Origin: Pseudomonadota bacterium
Lineage (GTDB): Bacteria; Pseudomonadota; Alphaproteobacteria; Caulobacterales; Hyphomonadaceae
NCBI GenBank assembly: GCA_038534535.1
Contig: JBCAWP010000001.1
Span: 1-31,093 of the forward strand
Direction: 5' to 3'
DNA: 31,093 nucleotides
The notes below the pieces were generated by a model. The model was not told where the DNA came from, made no database searches, and saw only the letters and a list, made by a program, of their open reading frames with translations. The position numbers were made by a program, and so were the translations under genes. Positions 26,589-31,093 of this stretch are shown here, one piece after another. Each line of letters starts with the position of its first letter. Position 1 is the first letter of the stretch.

Positions 26589-27044
26589 GTGTCAGGAATT
26601 CTCTCCCGCCTGTTTGGACGCGAAGACGATGCGCCGACAAATGTCCCGTCGAGCCCCGAGGCGGCGGCGGCAGCGCTGCTGGTCGAAGCGGCGTTGGCTG
26701 ATGGCGTATACGCCGATCTTGAAAGCGACCGCATTGCAATGATCCTATTGGAAAGCTTCGATTTCGACGCGGACAAGGCCGATGCAATTCTGGCCGAGGG
26801 CGAAACGCTCGCCGAGGAAGCTGTTGGCGCTCATGAGTTCACAAAACACGTCAAAAAGCTCCCGATGGCGCAGCGCGCTTCGATTGTTGAGGGCCTCTAT
26901 CTCGTCGCCTTCGCCGATGGTGAAAAATGCCCCATCGAAGATGCCTTCATCCGCCACGTGGCTTCGCTTTTGTATGTGGACGATGTGCCGAGGGCCCAAG
27001 CGAGACAACGGGCGGAAGCGCGCAGCCAGGAAACGCCTAATTGA
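26589..27044 (+). CDS. TerB-family protein
   Basis: AAALLVEAALADG...E and a second LVAFADG...E repeat; GTG start abuts the hslR stop. Confidence 0.8.
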   Translation: MSGILSRLFGREDDAPTNVPSSPEAAAAALLVEAALADGVYADLESDRIAMILLESFDFDADKADAILAEGETLAEEAVGAHEFTKHVKKLPMAQRASIVEGLYLVAFADGEKCPIEDAFIRHVASLLYVDDVPRAQARQRAEARSQETPN

Positions 27045-27114
27045 CATCCTCGCGGCTTAGCGCCATCTCGCAGACCGCATCACTCGCCGCCTGAACGCTC
27101 GGAGTACTCTTTTC

Positions 27115-27459
27115 ATGACCTATATCGTCACCGACGCCTGCATCCGCTGCAAGTATATGGACTGCGTCGAGGTCTGCCCCGTTGATTGCTTTTATGAAGG
27201 CGAGAACATGCTCGTCATCCATCCAGAAGAGTGCATCGACTGTGGCGTGTGTGAGCCGGAATGCCCAGTCGAGGCCATCAAGGTCGATACCGAAGACGAT
27301 CCCGATGGCAAATGGCTAAAACTGAACACCGAATACTCCAAGGTTTGGCCGGTGATTACACGAATGAAGGAGCCCCCGGCTGACCGCGAAGACTTCGCCA
27401 ATGAATCCGGGAAACTTGAGAAGTATTTCAGCCCGAAGCCTGGATCAGGTGACGCCTAG
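27115..27459 (+). CDS. fdxA: 7Fe ferredoxin (FdxA/Azotobacter FdI type)
   Basis: [17 protein letters not shown] and [12 protein letters not shown] Cys pattern. Confidence 0.95.
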   Translation: MTYIVTDACIRCKYMDCVEVCPVDCFYEGENMLVIHPEECIDCGVCEPECPVEAIKVDTEDDPDGKWLKLNTEYSKVWPVITRMKEPPADREDFANESGKLEKYFSPKPGSGDA

Positions 27460-27461
27460 AT

Positions 27462-27477
27462 CCTAAGCGCGCTTAGG
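27462..27477. repeat. Perfect 16-bp palindrome immediately after the fdxA stop
   Basis: CCTAAGCGCGCTTAGG equals its own reverse complement. Confidence 0.6.
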
Positions 27478-27483
27478 CGGCGT

Positions 27484-27512
27484 TTGCTGTTTGTCACATT
27501 TCGTGATAATAG
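27484..27512 (+). promoter_or_regulatory. Possible sigma70 promoter of carD
   Basis: TTGCTG-N17-TAATAG; the spacer holds the near-palindrome TGTCAC-N5-GTGATA. Confidence 0.3.
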
Positions 27513-27618
27513 AAGTAGAAGTGTCAAGGTAATGCATATGTTCTTGGGCCGTCCGACTGCCAATGGCGATCGGGCGTCTTTACGTCTTGCGCCTCGATTA
27601 AAGTACAAAGGATATAAG

Positions 27619-28143
27619 ATGGCGAAATCGGCAGTCAAAACTCCCCCGTTGGCATTCGAGATTGGGCAACACGTTGTGTATCCAGCCCATGGCGTCGGAG
27701 CTGTTACGGCGATCGAGAAACAAAAGGTCGCGGGCATGGACCTCGAAGTTTACGTCGTGTCGTTCGATCAAGATAAGATGATCCTCCGCGTTCCAACCAA
27801 CCGCGCCGAAGCATCGGGCATGCGCGCCCTGGCGGGGTCGAAGCTTGTTGATGATGCCCTTAAAACGCTGGGAGGACGCGCCCGGATCAAGCGGACGATG
27901 TGGTCCCGACGCGCCCAAGAGTACGAAGCGAAGATCAATTCCGGTGATCTGATCTCAATCGCTGAAGTGGTTCGCGACCTTCACCGGAGCGAAGACCAGC
28001 CAGAGCAGTCCTATTCGGAGCGGCAGCTTTATGAGAGCGCCCTTGACCGCCTTGCGCGTGAACTTGCCGCGGTCGAAAACATCGACAAGCCGGCCGCGCT
28101 AGAGCGCCTCGCGGCCTCGCTTGCGAAGAAAAAAGCTGCCTAG
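27619..28143 (+). CDS. carD: CarD/CdnL RNA polymerase-binding regulator
   Basis: FEIGQHVVYPAHGVG, LRVP, MWSRRAQEY (conserved Trp), INSGD, SYSERQLYE; AAAGGA RBS. Confidence 0.95.
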   Translation: MAKSAVKTPPLAFEIGQHVVYPAHGVGAVTAIEKQKVAGMDLEVYVVSFDQDKMILRVPTNRAEASGMRALAGSKLVDDALKTLGGRARIKRTMWSRRAQEYEAKINSGDLISIAEVVRDLHRSEDQPEQSYSERQLYESALDRLARELAAVENIDKPAALERLAASLAKKKAA

Positions 28144-28163
28144 ATCCTTTATATTATCGGGAC

Positions 28164-28199
28164 AAAACGGCCTGCGTTAATGCGCGGGCCGTTTTTTTT
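28164..28199 (+). terminator. Intrinsic terminator after carD
   Basis: AAAACGGCCTGCG...CGCGGGCCG stem followed by eight T. Confidence 0.85.
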
Positions 28200-28209
28200 C
28201 ATCCCTGTG

Positions 28210-28236
28210 TGATCCAAACATCGGGACGCGCGTATT
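28210..28236 (+). promoter_or_regulatory. Candidate sigmaE (ChrR-associated ECF) promoter of rpoH2
   Basis: TGATCC-N15-CGTATT just after the carD terminator and 25 nt before the ATG. Confidence 0.65.
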
Positions 28237-28260
28237 CCTGTTCAAACACAGGAGCTAAAT

Positions 28261-29148
28261 ATGCCTGCGCAAGATCGTCCATCTGCCGAAAGAAAATTCG
28301 TTAAGTCAGCGATGAAAAAGCCGCTGCTCGAAGCCGAGCGTGAGCAATTTCTTGCGCGTGCTTGGCGCGACAAGAGAGACGAAAAAGCCCTTCACGAATT
28401 GACCAGCGCCTATATGCGACTTGTCATCGCGATGGCCTCAAAGTTTCGGCACTATGGCTTGCCAATGCAGGATCTCATCCAGGAGGGTAATGTCGGCTTG
28501 ATGCAGGCGGCGGCCCGGTTCGACCCAGAACGCGCGGTTCGCTTCTCGACCTATGCATCGTGGTGGATCCGATCATCCATTCAGGACTATGTGCTTCGCA
28601 ATTGGTCCATCGTGCGCACGGGCACCACGTCGGCTCAGAAGTCTCTCTTCTTTAATCTACGACGGTTGCGCGCCCAAATCGACGATACGGGCGGCGCCGT
28701 GTTATCGCCCGAGAATCGCAAATGGGTGGCCGACCATCTCGGCGTTAACGAGACCGACGTCGACGCGATGTCCGCCAGATTGTCAGGGGCCGACCGTTCC
28801 TTGAACGCACCGCTCTCAAATGATGGTGAAGCCGGCGGCGAATGGCAGGACCTTCTCGAAGATGAATCCACGGATGTCGAAGGTCGGATCATGACAGACC
28901 GGGACCGGACTCAGCGCTCTGCCTGGATTGCCCGGGCGATGGAAGCGCTGACGGACCGCGAAACACTCATCATTCGCGAGCGGCGCCTGACCGACGATTC
29001 TGTCACGCTTGAAACACTGGGCACGCGTCTTGGCATTTCAAAAGAGCGCGTCCGTCAAATCGAACATCAAGCGCTCGGGAAACTTCGCAAAGCCCTTGAA
29101 AAGATCGTTGGGGATCCTGAGCGGGCCGGCCTCGTTCCGGACACCTAG
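28261..29148 (+). CDS. rpoH2: RNA polymerase sigma32-family factor, RpoH2/RpoHII type
   Basis: DLIQEGNVGLM, FSTYASWWIR, RpoH box QKSLFFNLR, region 4 TLETLG..LGISKERVRQIE; position after fdxA-carD. Confidence 0.85.
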   Translation: MPAQDRPSAERKFVKSAMKKPLLEAEREQFLARAWRDKRDEKALHELTSAYMRLVIAMASKFRHYGLPMQDLIQEGNVGLMQAAARFDPERAVRFSTYASWWIRSSIQDYVLRNWSIVRTGTTSAQKSLFFNLRRLRAQIDDTGGAVLSPENRKWVADHLGVNETDVDAMSARLSGADRSLNAPLSNDGEAGGEWQDLLEDESTDVEGRIMTDRDRTQRSAWIARAMEALTDRETLIIRERRLTDDSVTLETLGTRLGISKERVRQIEHQALGKLRKALEKIVGDPERAGLVPDT

Positions 29149-29167
29149 GCGACAGCCCTAGGCACTC

Positions 29168-30088
29168 CTATTTGCGCTTCGCGGTGAGACGCCGGCAAAC
29201 ATCATCGAGTTGTTCAAGGTCGCGATACTTGATCCGCAGTTCGCCGCCCTCACCCTTGTGTCGAATGTCAACGTTCAAACCGAGCGAACGCATCAGGTCA
29301 GCCTCTAACGCTTCTGTGTCGACATCCTTCGTCTCACCGGACGCTGACGCCTTCGACGCAGACGAGACCGGTGGCAACGCGCCCTTCGATAGGCGAGCCA
29401 AGGCTTCAACGTCTCGAACGCTCAAGGCCTTATCAACGGCTTGTTCAATCAAATCATCTGGATTCTCAGACCCGAGGGCCGCCCGCGCATGGCCCGCCGT
29501 GACCCGCCCATTTCGGACATGGTCTCGAGAACTATCGGACAATTTCAGAAGGCGGAGGGTATTCGCAATATGAGCCCGGGACTTTCCGACGCTTTCGGCG
29601 AGACTTTCCTGGGTGCGGCCAAACCGCTTCATCAGCGCCCCGTAGGCTTCGGCCTCTTCGATTGGATTTAAGTCCGTACGCTGAACATTTTCAATAATTC
29701 CAACTTCGAGTAATTCAAGCTCATCAACATTGCGGACAATCGCCGGCAGCGCCTTGAGACCAGCCATCTTGGCGGCACGCCAACGCCGTTCGCCTGCAAT
29801 GATCTGGTATCCATCGCCCTTCGGATCTGGCCGAACAAGGATCGCCTGGAGGACGCCCCGCGTCCGGATGGACTCGGCAAGCTCGGCCAATTCTATCTCG
29901 TCGAAGTCGCGCCGTGGTTGGCCGGGATTTTGCCGTATGCGACTGATCTCGATCTCGGCGACACCGGCTCGGTCCTCTCCCGATGACTTGGTGTCTTTTG
30001 ATGGCGTTCGGACGGCCTCCACTTCACCTATGAGTGCAGACAGGCCCTTTCCAAGGCGCGACGGTTTTGACTTTGAATCCATGGCCAT
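29168..30088 (-). CDS. parB: Chromosome partitioning protein ParB
   Basis: RLGKGLSALI ParA-binding peptide, GERRWRA CTP motif, HTH TQESLAESVGKSRAHIANTLRL; ATG overlaps the parA stop (TGATG). Confidence 0.96.
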   Translation of the reverse strand: MAMDSKSKPSRLGKGLSALIGEVEAVRTPSKDTKSSGEDRAGVAEIEISRIRQNPGQPRRDFDEIELAELAESIRTRGVLQAILVRPDPKGDGYQIIAGERRWRAAKMAGLKALPAIVRNVDELELLEVGIIENVQRTDLNPIEEAEAYGALMKRFGRTQESLAESVGKSRAHIANTLRLLKLSDSSRDHVRNGRVTAGHARAALGSENPDDLIEQAVDKALSVRDVEALARLSKGALPPVSSASKASASGETKDVDTEALEADLMRSLGLNVDIRHKGEGGELRIKYRDLEQLDDVCRRLTAKRK

Positions 30089-30894
30089 CAGGCTGCGCGC
30101 AGCTCCCGCTCTCTTTGCAGCATCTCCGATGCCAGCCGAATATAGGCCTCGCTGCCAGGGCACCGATAGTCATAAAGCAGAGCGGGCTTGCCGAAGGACG
30201 GCGCTTCCGACAGGCGGACATTGCGTGGGATAACCGTCGAATAGACCTTATCGCCGAAAAAGCTGCGCACCTCTTCTGCAACCTGATCGGAGAGATTGTT
30301 TCGCTTATCATACATGGTCAGAACGACGCCCTGGATTTCGAGGGCCGGGTTCAAGCCCGATTTGACCAGTTCAATCGTTCGCAACAATTGGCTCAGTCCT
30401 TCCAGAGCGAGGAACTCGCATTGCAGCGGCACGAGCAAGGCATCGGCGGCTGTCATCGCATTCAGCGTCAGGGCTGACAGTGATGGCGGACAATCGATTA
30501 GGATGAAATCGTAGACGTCCGTATGTACCGCATTTCCGCCGCTACGAATGGCGTCGCGCAAGCGATAAGACCGTCGGGGATCGGATGCCAATTCGGTCTC
30601 GACACCGGCCAGGTTTTCGTCCCCCGGTATAATATCAAGTCGCGGCACGATAGTGCTCAACACGGCCTGGTCGATCGACACACCGTCGACGACCAGATCG
30701 TAACTCGTCAGTCGACGCTCGGGCCGTGTAATGCCGAGGCCGGTCGACGCATTGCCCTGGGCATCAAAATCGATGACGAGGACTTTTCGACCAACGGCGG
30801 CCAAGGCCGTTGCCAGATTGATCGATGTCGTCGTCTTGCCAACGCCGCCCTTCTGGTTTGCCACCGCCAGAATCCGCGTTTGATTGTCAGACAT
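30088..30894 (-). CDS. parA: Chromosome partitioning ATPase ParA
   Basis: ANQKGGVGKTTT, IDCPPSL, PLQCEFLALEG, IPRNVRLSEAPS. Confidence 0.97.
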   Translation of the reverse strand: MSDNQTRILAVANQKGGVGKTTTSINLATALAAVGRKVLVIDFDAQGNASTGLGITRPERRLTSYDLVVDGVSIDQAVLSTIVPRLDIIPGDENLAGVETELASDPRRSYRLRDAIRSGGNAVHTDVYDFILIDCPPSLSALTLNAMTAADALLVPLQCEFLALEGLSQLLRTIELVKSGLNPALEIQGVVLTMYDKRNNLSDQVAEEVRSFFGDKVYSTVIPRNVRLSEAPSFGKPALLYDYRCPGSEAYIRLASEMLQRERELRAA

Positions 30895-31093
30895 GGGATA
30901 CCTCTGAAAGTCTAAGGATGACTCCCGCGCCCCCGCTTCGGCTTGGAATCACCTGATGCGCGAATGTCCACTCTGTCGCGGCCGCCGTCAATTCTTCTTT
31001 CCAGCGTTCGCCTTTGTGGAATAAGCCGACCGCACCCGCGGAGAGCCACGGCGAAGCTAGCGAAAGGAGCCGCGGCAATGGCGCCAGAGCCCG
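30887..31093 (-). CDS. rsmG: 16S rRNA m7G527 methyltransferase RsmG/GidB, 3' part only (runs off window)
   Basis: The frame is open from the window edge as RALAPLPRLL...GLFHKG..WKEEL; it lies directly upstream of parA. Confidence 0.88.
   Translation of the reverse strand, partial: RALAPLPRLLSLASPWLSAGAVGLFHKGERWKEELTAAATEWTFAHQVIPSRSGGAGVILRLSEVSHV

Noticed and set aside
26589-27044. Tellurite-resistance operon
   Set aside because: A lone TerB-like gene; no terA, terC, terD or terZ.
29148-29168. parB meeting rpoH2 instead of the often-seen holA as evidence of a mobile junction
   Set aside because: No repeats, target-site duplication or integrase, and synteny cannot be assessed without other genomes.
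29168-31093. parS sites near parAB
   Set aside because: No GTTTCACGTGAAAC-like palindrome seen; partial GTTTCAC hits (about 17428, 20778, 20969) are in coding sequence and lack the second arm.
1-31093. Mobile elements, prophage, CRISPR, tRNA or rRNA genes
   Set aside because: No transposase, integrase, phage genes, repeat-spacer array or recognisable stable-RNA sequence was seen.

Overview
GC-rich, densely packed alphaproteobacterial core-chromosome segment; a Caulobacterales/Hyphomonadaceae-like source is an inference from gene order and motif style. Left to right: a frameshifted secreted protein, rhodanese, a small orphan ORF with its own RBS and terminator, DUF2164, ftsK, a UbiH/UbiL-family hydroxylase, cupin, lipoprotein alkaline phosphatase, EamA, gluQ, an ABC1/UbiB kinase plus CPBP protease, cupin, rmuC-def-fmt-truA, ychF, a divergent membrane-anchored TIR protein lacking the catalytic Glu, rplY-pth, an amidohydrolase, rpmB, a hybrid histidine kinase, the SUV3-like helicase-hslR-terB-fdxA-carD-rpoH2 cluster, and rsmG(partial)-parA-parB. 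I saw no mobile element, CRISPR array, tRNA or rRNA, and I cannot support a complete new multi-gene system. The best leads are the pseudo-TIR gene sitting between pth and ychF, the unannotated-looking 69-aa transcription unit, and several regulatory signals readable in the DNA: tandem DnaA boxes at ftsK, a LexA box at rmuC, a sigmaE/ChrR-type promoter at rpoH2, a Pho half-box at phoA, and an 8:0 strand skew of KOPS motifs. All motif scanning was by eye, and consensus motifs are recalled from general knowledge rather than searched.
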